The notes under the pieces: model-generated
The model's input: the letters and a program-made list of their open reading frames with translations, nothing else
What the model was told of the DNA's origin: nothing
The model's database searches: none
Shown here: positions 38,016 through 49,927 of the stretch, in pieces
Layout of the letters: each line of letters starts with the position of its first letter
How positions within the stretch are numbered: the first letter of the stretch is position 1
Source of the DNA: Octopus sinensis
Taxonomy: Eukaryota
Reading direction: 5' to 3'
Assembly: GCF_006345805.1 (NCBI RefSeq)
Contig: NC_043005.1
Location: 59,148,001 to 59,212,000, forward strand
DNA: 64,000 nucleotides
Translations under genes and position numbers: made by a program

Positions 38016-38346
38016 TAGTTGAATGGTGTACTGCAAAATAATGAAACAAATGTAAATCATAAAGTGTTGAAGTGCCAACTGTTTGTTGTTAGTTGGACTG
38101 GGATTTTTTACTACATATGATATCTTTTGGCTATAGATATACATGAAGTGTAATCCTGAATCCTGATTACCCATTAGGAATCACATATGTGTCAGCTTGC
38201 GATTAACACACTTGTAACTTCCATGCAGGCATTTATGTATGTGTATATCTGTTTGTCAATCTGTCTGTTTATCTGTGTTGCTGCACATGTGTGTGTAGGT
38301 GCAGGAGTGACTATATGAATAGGCACAGGAGTGGTTCTGTGTATAG

Positions 38347-38514
38347 CTGTAGGAGTGGCTGTGTGGTAAGAAGCTTGCTTCTCAACCACATGGTTCCAAG
38401 TTCAGTCCCACTGTGTGGCACTCTAGGCAAGTGTCTTCTGCTATAGCCATTGGCTGACCAAAGCCTTATGAGTGGATTTGGTTGACAGAAATTGAAAGAA
38501 GTCCATCATGTATG

Positions 38515-38549
<35 letters not shown>

Positions 38550-38835
38550 ATTTATATATGTATATGTGTGTGTATATTTATATATGTTTATGTGTCTGTG
38601 TATATATATATCTATGTATGTGTGTCTTAGTGTGTGTATTTGTCCCCCCACCATCACTGCTTGACAGCTGGTGTTCGTTTGTTTAAGTCCCTATAACTTA
38701 GTGGTTCAGCCAAAGACACTGATATAATAAATACTAGGCTTAAAAAATAAGTATTAGGGCCGATTCATTTGACTAAAAATTCAAGGTTGTGCTCCAGCAT
38801 GGCTGCAATATAATGACTGAGACAAGTAAAGACAA
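38347..38835 (+). mobile_element. SINE A
   Basis: Family A head, internal microsatellite and tail. Confidence 0.85.
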
Positions 38836-38897
38836 AGGATATATATCATATATATGTATATATATATATAAATGTAATATGTGACAATTATTTGGTA

Positions 38898-38968
38898 GCC
38901 AAGATTAAACTCTGAGTTTCGGATGCCGAGGTGGAAATCCACACTACCATCTCTTCAGTTATCCGGCC
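38898..38968 (-). ncRNA. Type I hammerhead ribozyme candidate, core intact, helices I and II imperfect
   Basis: - strand reads ggccggataa-CTGAAGA-gatggtagtgtggatttccacctcggcatcc-GAAA-ctc-a-gag-TT-taatcttggc. Helix III is ACTC/GAGT. Triplet is GUU. Confidence 0.65.
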
Positions 38969-40479
38969 ATAGATAAATTCCTCTTTTTACATAATATTGA
39001 GGTCTCTTTCTTTCTTTTGTTATCTTACCATTTTTATCAATATATATGCATGTATGTATACATGTAGAGGTAGGTACGTACATATATGTATGTATATATG
39101 CATATGTTTTATTTATTTATTTATATATGACTGAACGCACGCATCCATTTCTAAGTAAGATTGTTCTTAATATTAATACTGATGCGCACTCTTAACCTTT
39201 CTCTCCCCTCCCTTTCTCAGTCTTCATTCTTTTGGCTTCCCTTTTCTTCTACCTTACTGTCTCTCCCTCTCTCTCTCATTCTTCATTCTTTTCTCTACCA
39301 CCATCCCCGTTTTTTCTCTCCCTTTCTCTTACTCCTCCCCCTCCGTCCCGTCGCGGTCACGTGATGAAATGCCTATTTCTGTCTTTTCTTCTCCAGCTTC
39401 CTCCAAGTAGGGTCGGTAAAATCTGTTGCTCTGCTGATCCCAAAGAACAGCGTTCGTAAAAAATTTTATCTCGTTTGGCTTAACAGCCCTCCTTGTTTGT
39501 GTTACTGTTATTCTCCGTTGTCCTGTTTATATTTTGTACTGTCGTTACTGTCCTGTTTTTGTTACCATTTTTACCCCTCCGCAAAAAATCTCAAATTTCA
39601 TTTAATTTGATTTCCACGGGGAGGAAAATTTCATTGAAGTCATGTATCGCCTGACCTTCAAAACGTGGAGTAGATGAAATTAAGGCGACTAAAGAAGGGG
39701 AATTTTCCTTGTTTGTATGTCCTGTACTCTATTTTTTCGTTGCTTAAAAAAATGTCCATTTCCTCGGTTTTGTGTTTATGTTTTCGTTTCTCATTGTGTT
39801 TGACGTTTTTTTGGTGTCCTGTACCCATATATGCATGTATATATACATGTAGAGGTAGGTACGTACATATATGTATGTATATATGCATATGTTTTATTTA
39901 TTTATTTATATATATATATATATCTTGTATCCTATCTCTGAGTTTGATATCAATTATTCAAAGAACTTGAAGCAGCATGACAATATATAAGCAAAAATAT
40001 TTGTAGGCACATAGAAATCTCAGTCCTTGAGACCATTAAAAATGCATCATACATTCGTCTAGTTGATTATCACTTGCAGAACATGTGACATATTCATCTT
40101 GTCACTTAATTAAATTATGTGATATTTTCATGTCTTAATTATTAAATGTGTAAAATACATGAAATCAAGGAAATGGTTATTGTTAATGAGAAAATGGTTA
40201 CTGTTAGTATTGCTGAATAACTGAATGATTTCTCTTTTCTCATTACATGACCATCCCTAAAGGTATGGTAAATTAATAATATGAGAAATAATTTAGTTGA
40301 ACCAGTTAGTAGTTGAAAATTCCTCACAAATATTGATTCAATGATTCACAAATTTCAGGCTTGTATTCAAAAGTACAAAAGACTGCAGCAATTAATGTAG
40401 AGGGATCAGTGTTCTATAAAGGATCAATCTATTTTACAGCTGTTAATATTGTCCAAAGAAGCTCTGGAGTAATATTATT

Positions 40480-40790
40480 CAACAGAGCACATAGCTAAAA
40501 GGCCAGGGAGTCTCTCCAAGTCGAGCAGCTACTTCTCTATATTGAGAGGTCCAGTATTATAGCTCCAGTATTATGGTCATATGATTAGAATGCTGCAGGA
40601 AGGAATCACAGGATAGATTCTTCAAGAAGGTGACCTAGAGGTAGACCAAGAATGAGATGGTTAGATAATATCCACAGTGTCCAGTGGTCATACCTGGGAA
40701 TCCAGTTAGAAATGCTAAAGCTGGTTGCTTCTGATAGAACTGTATGGAAGAGATGCATGAAAACTTCACCCTATGACCCTCCCAAATATA
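40480..40790 (+). mobile_element. RTE-clade LINE 3' ORF fragment
   Basis: YYGHMIRM and PRGRPRMRWLDNI...SDRTVWKR motifs in different frames. Confidence 0.7.
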
Positions 40791-40914
40791 GTGGACAGAC
40801 AAAGATTGACAGATGGATATCTTCTTTAAATTCTAGATCTATTTGAACAGAGTAAGAGTAAGATGTCTTACTGAGTACCTAAATGTATACACATTCCATG
40901 AGAATAATATTTTT

Positions 40915-41357
40915 AATAGAATTATTACATTTCTAAATATCTCAGAGAGATCTAAGCAGTAGTGGTACGATAGAGTAGCTGTATACTGTCAACTTAATGT
41001 GACAGTCCCATGAAGGGAATCACACTACTGCTATTTAGCCCTAGGACGCACCAACGCTTCCTGTCGGCCTTGACACATTTCCTGTGTCCTTATGTTTACA
41101 AGGGGGAGATAAGCACCTCCACACAGCTAAGCCTGCATTCAGAGACTAGTTTCTGAGTCTTTGCTCATCATCAGTCTTGAGTTGCATGGCCTGCTAGTTG
41201 GAAATGCCTGTCTAGCCTTTGTAAACATATAAGAATTCTAGTGAAATAAATCCACTGATTACAAAAATAGAAATATTACATTTCTAAATATCTCAGAGAG
41301 ATATAAGCAGTAGTGGTACGATAGTGTAGTTGTATACTGTGAACTTAAGTTGACAGT
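40915..41357 (-). mobile_element. Retrozyme-like element: 351-nt unit plus 92-nt terminal redundancy
   Basis: Direct repeats at 40915-41006 and 41266-41357. Non-coding, with one hammerhead in the unit. Confidence 0.8.
41134..41186 (-). ncRNA. Type I hammerhead ribozyme, core intact, GUC site
   Basis: - strand reads tgcaactcaaga-CTGATGA-tgag-caaaga-ctca-GAAA-ctag-TC-tctgaatgca. Helix II is tgag/ctca, helix III is the palindrome ACTAGT, and helix I is aga/tct with distal tgca/tgca. Confidence 0.82.
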
Positions 41358-41754
41358 ATTCAAATATTTTTAATGACTTTTCACTAGACCCTGTTTGTTT
41401 TTTCCTCCAAGCTTATTTCTTTTGATGAGAGACTGAAGCTGAATAAACAAATTTCTTAGAAAGACCCACATTGTTGAGAATAGCCGATAATTGAGTTGTT
41501 TCTATTGCATAAAAGTGTAGAGTTTTCTGCAAGCACATGCTCAAATCACAATCGGCCACTTTGGAAACACACCCAAAATGATAATAAATAAATATATAAA
41601 AAATAGTAGTGATGGTGTGCTGGTTATTGACAATAAACAACAATGGCAAAATAGAATAGATTGTACAATATAAAAAAAAATATCTCAGCCTTTCGTATAA
41701 TACATATATGTTTCTAGGATGGGTATAAATCCCTGAATAACATTAATCTTCTTT

Positions 41755-42601
41755 TTTTCCATCTTTTACTTGTTTTAGTCACTTGACTGTGGCCATATTG
41801 GAGCACCACCTTGAAAGGCTTCAGTCAAACAAATTGACAGCAGGACTTATTTTTTAATGCCTATTCTATTCTAATACTTAATCTATTGGTCTCTTCATCA
41901 AATTGCTACATAACAGGGACATAAACATACCAACACTGGCTGTTGAGCAGTGGCAGAAGAAAAACACTGACACAAATTCACACACACACACACACACATG
42001 TATATATATCCGTATGTATGCATGTATATATATGTGGAGGTATGTGGATTAGTGGTTGGGGTGTTGGACGCATGATCATAAGGTTGTGGTTTTGATTCCT
42101 GGACTGGGCGATGTGTTGTGTTCCAGTCCACTCAGCTGGCAAAAATGAGTAATCCTGCGACGGACTGGTGTCCCATCCAGGTGGGGAATTTCTACGCCAC
42201 TGAAACCGGGAAACTGGCCCTTATGATCCTGGCATGGCTCAAGAAGGAACATTTATGTATATGTATAAACATACAAAGTAGGGAGGTTTAGTTCGCTGGT
42301 GATCTAAACAACTAGGTACACTAGGTAAGTGCTGTGATGGATTACTGGAGCTCCAAGGTTAGAGCTGATATACTAGTTGTGGAGCCATTGTAGATTTCCG
42401 ATATAACGGATATATAATTATTAGAGGACGACAAGTGTTACGGCAAGACAAACATCTCAAATCATATATATTATTATTATTGGAAAAATTTTTCCGATAA
42501 TAATAACATATATGACTTGAGATGTTTGTCTTACCTTAACATCTGTTGTCCTCTTTAGCAATTATATATATATAAATAGACAGACAGATAGATAGATAGA
42601 C

Positions 42602-42668
<67 letters not shown>

Positions 42669-42850
42669 AAGATATATAGATAGATATGAAAGGATTCTTT
42701 TAATTTCCATCTACCAAATCCACGCACAAGGCTTTGGTCAGCCCAAGGCTATAGTAGAAGACACTTGCCCAAGGTGCCACACAGTGGAACTGAACCCATT
42801 ACCATGTGGTTTGGAAGCAAGCTTCTTACTACATAGCCATGCCTGCACCA
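41755..42850 (-). mobile_element. SINE A split at its microsatellite by a SINE C (42035-42255, +), a palindrome and (GATA)n
   Basis: 5' half at 42690-42850 and 3' half at 41755-41990, both on the - strand. Confidence 0.7.
42437..42540. repeat. Spacerless palindrome with arms of about 52 bp
   Basis: Centre ggaaaaa|tttttcc between 42488 and 42489, with 4 mismatches in the inner 46 bp. Confidence 0.92.
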
Positions 42851-44169
42851 ATATTAAGTGTATTATTCTGAAGAATCAAGTAGTGTAATAACTTATTGAG
42901 TTCAGAGATGAACTTACTTTGAAAATGTCCTTGTTTTACATCATGTTGATGAGTTGGATGGTTGATTTATTTCTAAGATCATTTTTATTAGCCTTGAATA
43001 TGAAGTATGGTTGTTTACAGTGGGTGATTTTATTCTATTTTCCATATAAAGGTTTGAATTACTTTTTTTATAGCAGTTGTCTACAATGTTTACAGTGCCC
43101 CAGTGGGTCTTCTTGTTGGTTTTTGGTAACTGAAATGAGAGGAATCTGTAATGGTTAATATAGGCTATTCAGTAAAGGTTCTTAGCCTTATATGACTGGA
43201 AATAATTATGCTTAAAATAGCTGACGTCATTTATTTTCTTCTTTGAAGTTTCCTGGCAATCATTACTAATGCTTCTCATTCAAAATTGTGTATTCCTAAT
43301 TAGAAAGAACAGATTTTTATATGCTTATAAATGTTGGTTTGCTGGCAAATTTTATTGGATTTAAAATAGCATTTAATGGTGTTATCCTGATTTTCTTTAA
43401 AGAAGTATATACAACAAATGGGTCTTATAATGAAATTATCAGTTTTCTGCACAAGGTGTTTTACGTAGCTTTTTTTATATTTCTATCAAAAAGAATTAAA
43501 AAAAAAATTTTTTGCTTTGCTGAGTTGATTAAATATTTCTGCTTTGCCGTATATGTAAGTAAACAGTTTGTTGATTTTCATATGTGTTAGCTTGTTAGCA
43601 TGTTAATATCTGTTAAAGCAAGGCTTTCATTAACTGAATAAAATACTTAATACTTAACGAAGAACAATGTGGTATATTATTTTATTAATAACAGCTTTAC
43701 AGAATGAATAGCGTGTTTTGAGCTGAGGTGATTTTGTTCACATGTTGCAGTGGAGAAGTTCACCTTGGATCAAAATACTCACCGATAAAATAATATTGTG
43801 TACCCTGTTTCTTGAAGTGTCAAATGATTTATTCTGTATATGAAAGCAATGTTCTACCAAACACACACACACACTCTTATATGCATGCACACACATACAC
43901 ACATACACACACATGCACACACATATGCAGACACACACACACACACACACACAGACTCATACAGACTCACACATATTGTCCGTGTGTGTGTGTGTGTGGG
44001 TGTGTGTCTCTTACACATGTATAAATTATGTTCTGTATTTTTCATGTGTAATTTGTAATTGTCAATGTCAGTAATTAGAGGAATAGATTCATCAACATAA
44101 AGAAACCAAACATTAAAACCAGCACAGGGAGGAGGTGGGGTGGAAATCACAAAGGCATAAACATTTCAC

Positions 44170-44618
44170 TTTGTGTCATCGCCACCAACACAACAACAAC
44201 AACAACAACAACAACAGCAACAACAACAACAACGACAACAACAACAATCACTACCACCACCGCCTCTGTCGCTGCCGTTGCTGCTGCCACCGTTATTGTC
44301 ATCGTCAACACCTTCATATTCATTATACCCTGCTTTCAATGTTATTTACTTCTATCATTGTAATCATTAAGAGTTTCAGCATTATCACCATTATGAGCGC
44401 CATCTCCATTGTTGCGTTTCCTCCTACTCAGCATCGGCATCGTTATCCAACAATTCCTTCGTCAATGTTGCCATTATCATTATCTTCATCACTAAGCACC
44501 ACCACCACCAAAACTGCCCCTTCTCCTACTTATCATCATCGTTGTCGTCGTTGTCATTGTAATCATCATCATCATCACCATCATTGTCATCATCGCCATC
44601 GTCATCGTCATTATCATC

Positions 44619-44649
<31 letters not shown>

Positions 44650-44973
44650 CCATCATCATCATCGTCATCGTCATCATCATCGTCATCATCATCGTCATCA
44701 TCATCATCTTCGTCATCATCATCGCCATTATCATCCTCATCATCATCACCATCATCATCATCGTCATCGTCATCGTCATCATCATCGTCATCATCATCAT
44801 CTTCGTCATCATTGACAACATCATCATCATCGTTGTCATCATCATCATCATCATCATCATTATCATCACCGCCATTATCGTCATCATCTTCATTGCCATC
44901 ATCATCATCATGATGTTAATCCCTAATAAGTCATCATCTAAATCACCACTTTTAACTATTGCGTTAAACTCAT

Positions 44974-45007
<34 letters not shown>

Positions 45008-45500
45008 ACAGGCAGACAGACACTCCCAGACACACATGCACATAGACACACATGAAGCAGATATTCAAAAGCTTACAACATGTATCAATCAGCGTGGGCC
45101 TGATGAATGGCACTGTTTCTGATGGTGGTGGAAGCAGATGGGGGTTCCTTTATGTAATTGTTTATTTATTCGTTTATTCGTTTATTTATTTATTTATTTG
45201 GTTGGAAACATTAGAAACACTTTCATTCCAAGTAATTTGTCATAATTGCACAACTCACCGCTTCTTGTTTTAATCACATCAGCATTCGAATCCATCATTG
45301 TCATCATCATTGCCATCATCATCATCATAACCATCATAACCATCATCATCATCACCATCATCACCATCATCATCATCGTCGTCGTCATCATCATCATTGT
45401 TGTCATCATCATCATCATCATTATCACCATCATCATCATCACCATCATCATCATCACCATCATTATCATCACCATCATCATCATCACCATCATCACTGTC

Positions 45501-45533
<33 letters not shown>

Positions 45534-45740
45534 GTCGTCGTCGTCGTCGTCATCATCGTCATCAACATTATCTTCATCATCATCATCACCGTCACCACCT
45601 CCTGCTCTTCATCATCTCCTTCATCATCATTATCGTTGTCACTGTTGTCTTCCTCCTTATCATCATTAATCATCATCAACAACTGTAACTTCATCGGTAT
45701 CATCAAGCACATAAACAGCAGCAGCAGCAACAACAACAAG
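44170..45740. repeat. Large compound triplet microsatellite field, (CAA)n and (CAT/CAC/CGT)n
   Basis: Read directly. It is the source of the poly-H/S/M/I pseudo-ORFs. Confidence 0.95.
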
Positions 45741-45777
45741 AACAACACAACAATAAGAGATAATAATTATAGATAAA

Positions 45778-45942
45778 TAGGTGCAGTAGTGGCTGTGTGG
45801 TAAGTAGCTTGCTTACCAACCACATGGTTTCGGGTTCAGTCCCACTGCGTGGCACCTTAGGCAAGTGTCTTCTACTATAGCCCCGGGCCGACCAAAGCCT
45901 TGTGAGAGGATTTGGTAGACGGACAGTGAAAGAAGCCCATCG

Positions 45943-45978
<36 letters not shown>

Positions 45979-46208
45979 CGTGTGTGTATATGTTTGTGTG
46001 TCTGTCTTTGTCCCCCCCAACATCGCTTGACAACTGGTGCTGGTGTGTTTACGTCCCCGTAACTTACTGGTTTGACAAAAAGAGACCGATAGAATAAGTA
46101 CTAGGCTTACAAGGAATAAGTCCTGGGATTGATTTGCTCGACTAAAGGTGGTGCTCCAGCATGGCTGCAGTCATATGACAGAAACAAGTAAAAGAGTAAA
46201 AGAGTAAA
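45778..46208 (+). mobile_element. SINE A, full length
   Basis: Homologous to 2425-2830. Confidence 0.92.
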
Positions 46209-46271
46209 TAAATAGATGAAATAATTAAGAATAATGGGTAATAGACATGTGTGAGTATGTATGTATGTCTG

Positions 46272-46315
46272 TACAAAGGGATGCTGAAAAGTTCCTGGCT
46301 TTAAGGGTTTCAAAC
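46272..46315. mobile_element. Tc1/mariner-like terminal fragment
   Basis: tacaaagggatgctgaaaagttcctggcttt resembles mariner TIRs (TA-CGAGGG...AAAAGTT). No second TIR was found. Confidence 0.4.
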
Positions 46316-46511
46316 TCCTGGGTGGGAGCCCAACCTTCTGAGTTCTTATGTCTATAGTCCCATGGATAGCTTTCAAATTTTTATTTATCCCGAAGATATT
46401 TTCAGCCCAACATTGTGATCATAAGGCCAACAACCTAACCAATAAGCCACTCACCTTCACAAACAGTAATAACTACCTAATATAATATTTAGTGAAGTAT
46501 GATATAACAGA

Positions 46512-46984
46512 TGGAGGTGCATGGCTTTGTGGTTAGGATGTCAGCGTCATGATCGTAAGATTGTGGTTTCAATTCCTGGACTGGGCAACACGTTGTGTTT
46601 TTGAGCAAAACACTTCATTCCACATTGCTCCAGTCCACTCAGCTGGCAAAAATTAGTAACACTGTGATGGACTGGCATCCCATCCAGCTGGGGAACACAT
46701 ACAGCATTGAAACCAGGAAACCGGGCCCATGAGCCTGACTAGGCTTTAAAAAGGGTGCATTTATTTATCTGCAATGGACTGGCATCCCGTCTAGCTGGTG
46801 GGGAACACATACGCCATAGAAACTGGGAAACCAGGCCCATGAGCCTGACTAGGCTTTAAAAGGGTGCATTTATTTATCTGCAATGGACTGGCATCCCGTC
46901 TAGCTGGTGGGGAACACATACGCCATAGAAACTGGGAAACCAGGCCCATGAGCCTGACTAGGCTTGAAAAGGGTGCATAAATAA
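46512..46984 (+). mobile_element. SINE C with a triplicated 3' module inside one 13-bp TSD
   Basis: TSD atgatataacaga at 46499-46511 and 46985-46997. Modules start at 46662, 46769 and 46878. Confidence 0.92.
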
Positions 46985-47462
46985 ATGATATAACAGAACG
47001 ATTTTCACTTTACTACATGTTTAAATCTCTTTTCTTTTATGTTCTATTTGATATTTTCTTCTACTACTTTTTATTGTCTTTCCATCCAAATGAATGCATT
47101 ACACTTGTCACCAGCATTCTAATGGTCAAAAGTTTTTGCCTGTTTGGAAAATAACAAGTAAACTTATTTTTAATGGTGCTTGATTAATTTTCTTACTGTG
47201 TCAGTGGCAGTAATTGTATAGAAGAATAATTATCTGTTTACTAATCTTAAGTGGTTTCATAAAATTTTTTTCCTCACTGATATTTTTCATGTAGCACCTG
47301 TCTAGGTGTTCAGGCCTGCATGGTTCATATGTACAGTCCTTGAACGTAAACAAATTCTGTCTAATTTATCTTGGTTCTGGGATCTGTGAAGGTTACATGC
47401 ACACTGTTTACCCCTTGACTCAAACCACAAAAAAAAAAACATAAGGACATCTTTTATAAAAT

Positions 47463-47620
47463 ATGCTGTGTGGGTGTGTTGCAAGAAGCTTGCTTCCCAA
47501 CTACATAGTTTGGGGTTCAGTCCCACAGTGTAGCACTTTGAGCAAGTGTCTTCTACTATAGCCTTGGGTTGACCAAAGCCTTGCAAGTGGATTTGGTAGT
47601 TGGAAACTGAAATAAGCTTG

Positions 47621-47666
<46 letters not shown>

Positions 47667-48042
47667 TATTAATAGTTAGGGAATATAATAATTCCAAGCC
47701 AACAGGAAAAAAATTCAATTTAGCACACTAAATCAAAAATTCACAATATATTATTTATATATATATATATATGTAAAGTTAATCCAAACAAGAAAGCACA
47801 AAAAAACACAACAACACGAGGACGTGGAACAAATATAGTATTATTGGACGCTCAGGAAAGAAGAAAAGAAGGAGGGTTTAACATTCCGAGCGGAGCTCTT
47901 CGTCGGAAACATAGGATAAGGAAAGATCCAGAGAAGGGAAGACAGAAGAAAAAAAATCGCCAACGGTACACACGAGGTCACATTTATATATATATAGAAT
48001 TTAGAGACAAATTTTTTATCTTTAATTAATCTTTAATATCTA

Positions 48043-48112
<70 letters not shown>

Positions 48113-48562
48113 CACTAAAGTGACAAAGGGCACTAATCAGCACCAGAGTCAGAACAACTCAATAGCCATGCAGAAAGTTAATGACTGACAAGGGAAGTAA
48201 TCTCCCTACAGTAACAGGCATAACCAGATCATCGGTGATGTCATATTTTAATACTGACACTTTTACTGGTTATGAAATCAGTATGTAATATCAATGGAAA
48301 TCTCATAAAGTGACAAGGTGAGCTGAGTTTAACCCTAGGTGCAGTGAGAGCTGTTGATGACCATTTGTCCACCACGACTACTTGACAATTGGTGTTGATG
48401 TGCTTATGTCTCTGTAACTTAGTGGTTTGGCTGAAGAGACGAGTAGGAAAAGTACTAGGCATTAGAAAGAACATGTTCTGGGGTAGATTTGTTCTTCAAA
48501 AACCCTTCAAGGTGGTGCTCTAGTATGGCTGAAGTCAAATGACTGAAACAAGTAAACGATAA
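47463..48562 (+). mobile_element. SINE A halves separated by TA tracts and insertions
   Basis: 5' half 47463-47625 and 3' half 48365-48562. Confidence 0.6.
47772..47983 (-). mobile_element. Second copy of the 210-bp Penelope-like element, with a decayed hammerhead at 47876-47910
   Basis: - strand reads gttt-CCGACGA-a-gagc-tcc-gctc-GGAA-tg-TT-aaac. Flanked by (TA)n. Confidence 0.72.
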
Positions 48563-48566
48563 AAGG

Positions 48567-48795
48567 TTAATCCTTTCGTTACTGTATTTCTTTTGAGATG
48601 CTCTGTGTTTCTTTCAATTAATTTTAAATATAACAAAGAATTTAGTAAAATAACTTAGTTATCATTCACCTAGTGTTAGGAACATAAATTGTGGCTAAGG
48701 TTTGGTAGAAGATTTTAATTCAAAACTTATGAAAGCAAGACATATGTACTCAGAGCCAGAGCCAGTTTCAGCCAGGCTGGTAACAAAAGGGTTAA
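48567..48795. mobile_element. piggyBac-type MITE (family 1)
   Basis: ttaa-tcctttcgttac ... gtaacaaaaggg-ttaa. Confidence 0.88.
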
Positions 48796-49927
48796 AGATA
48801 AAAAAAACATTTTGCTTTGCTTACAGTGAAAATAATCAAACTTCATATAGTTGCTTGACTTGCAAGAAACAGCAGCAAAGTATCGTTCAATCACATTAGT
48901 ATTAAGCAAAAAAAAAAAAAAAAAGGAAGGACTCATAGAATAATGTAGTTTTAGATAGAATGCATCTGGAAAATTAAGAAAATAAAGCATAGTTACAGCT
49001 TACTTGGGTTTGAACCAGGGCACAACGATAAGAATAACAGTAGCCAGTATAGCAAACTTCAACAGCAGTAATAGCAGCAACAACAACAACAACAGCAAAA
49101 ACAATAGCCACAATAACAATTCTATGAAATTGACTGTGTTATTACATATGAGTAACTATTCACTCAAGTCTCTCTTCTATGTGTATCAGACATTCTAAAC
49201 GAGATATTTAATATCATAAACAGCATGGATGAGTTCAGCTTCAAAGAATTAATTTTACCTCTTTTATTTTTCGTTTCTTTTTGCTTCTTTTTTTTTTGTT
49301 TTTGGTTCAATTATCATATTTTCATTTCAAAACTTCTGTTGCATTACTACAACTACTACTACTACTACCTTTTATTGTGGAGTCATTGTATCAAGTAAAA
49401 TTGATAAAGTGCCTACCTGTCTCAAGAGGTTTTCATTCGGTAAGTTTTCCACTGATATTTTGGCAAAAAGAATTCCATCATGTTGATGAGAAATTTTGAC
49501 CAGTTGAGTGACTTTTCCTTTTTATTTTTTTTAAGACCTTGTTTTCACAGCTGTATAGTTTTCCTGTTGCATCTTCTGAGATGTTAAGTAGAAATAGAAG
49601 CTGTCTTTGTATTGTCAGCCAAAGTGGTGATAATGGTGTGTCAGGATATATATAACTCAGAGAGTGCATCTCCATGAATAAACCATAGTTAAATTAATAC
49701 TGATTTCAAATTTTGGCACAAGGCCAGCAATTTTGGGGTAGAGTATAAGTTGATTATATTAACCCCAGTTTTCAGCTTGTATATCATTTTAATTATTTCA
49801 GTTGATATGAAGGAGTAATTTTGAACTTGTTTTGATCTTATTTTGAACTCATCAGTGAAGTATAAACCATATAGTACATTGATTGGTGTAAAAAATGTTA
49901 CATGAATAAATAACAAGAATAAATATA

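Noticed and set aside
39615-39675. Degenerate hammerhead (ttgaag...aaaacgt)
   Set aside because: Both core segments are mutated and no helix I is present.
43783-43833. - strand 51-nt candidate exon with good splice signals
   Set aside because: The peptide is unrecognisable and there are no consistent partner exons. It needs RNA-seq.
46662-46984. CRISPR-like array
   Set aside because: These are tandem SINE tail modules with no unique spacers, in a eukaryotic context with no cas genes.
48212-48280. + strand 69-nt candidate exon (TGITRSSVMSYFNTDTFTGYEI)
   Set aside because: Only a weak resemblance to CFAP65, and it lies between the halves of a split SINE.
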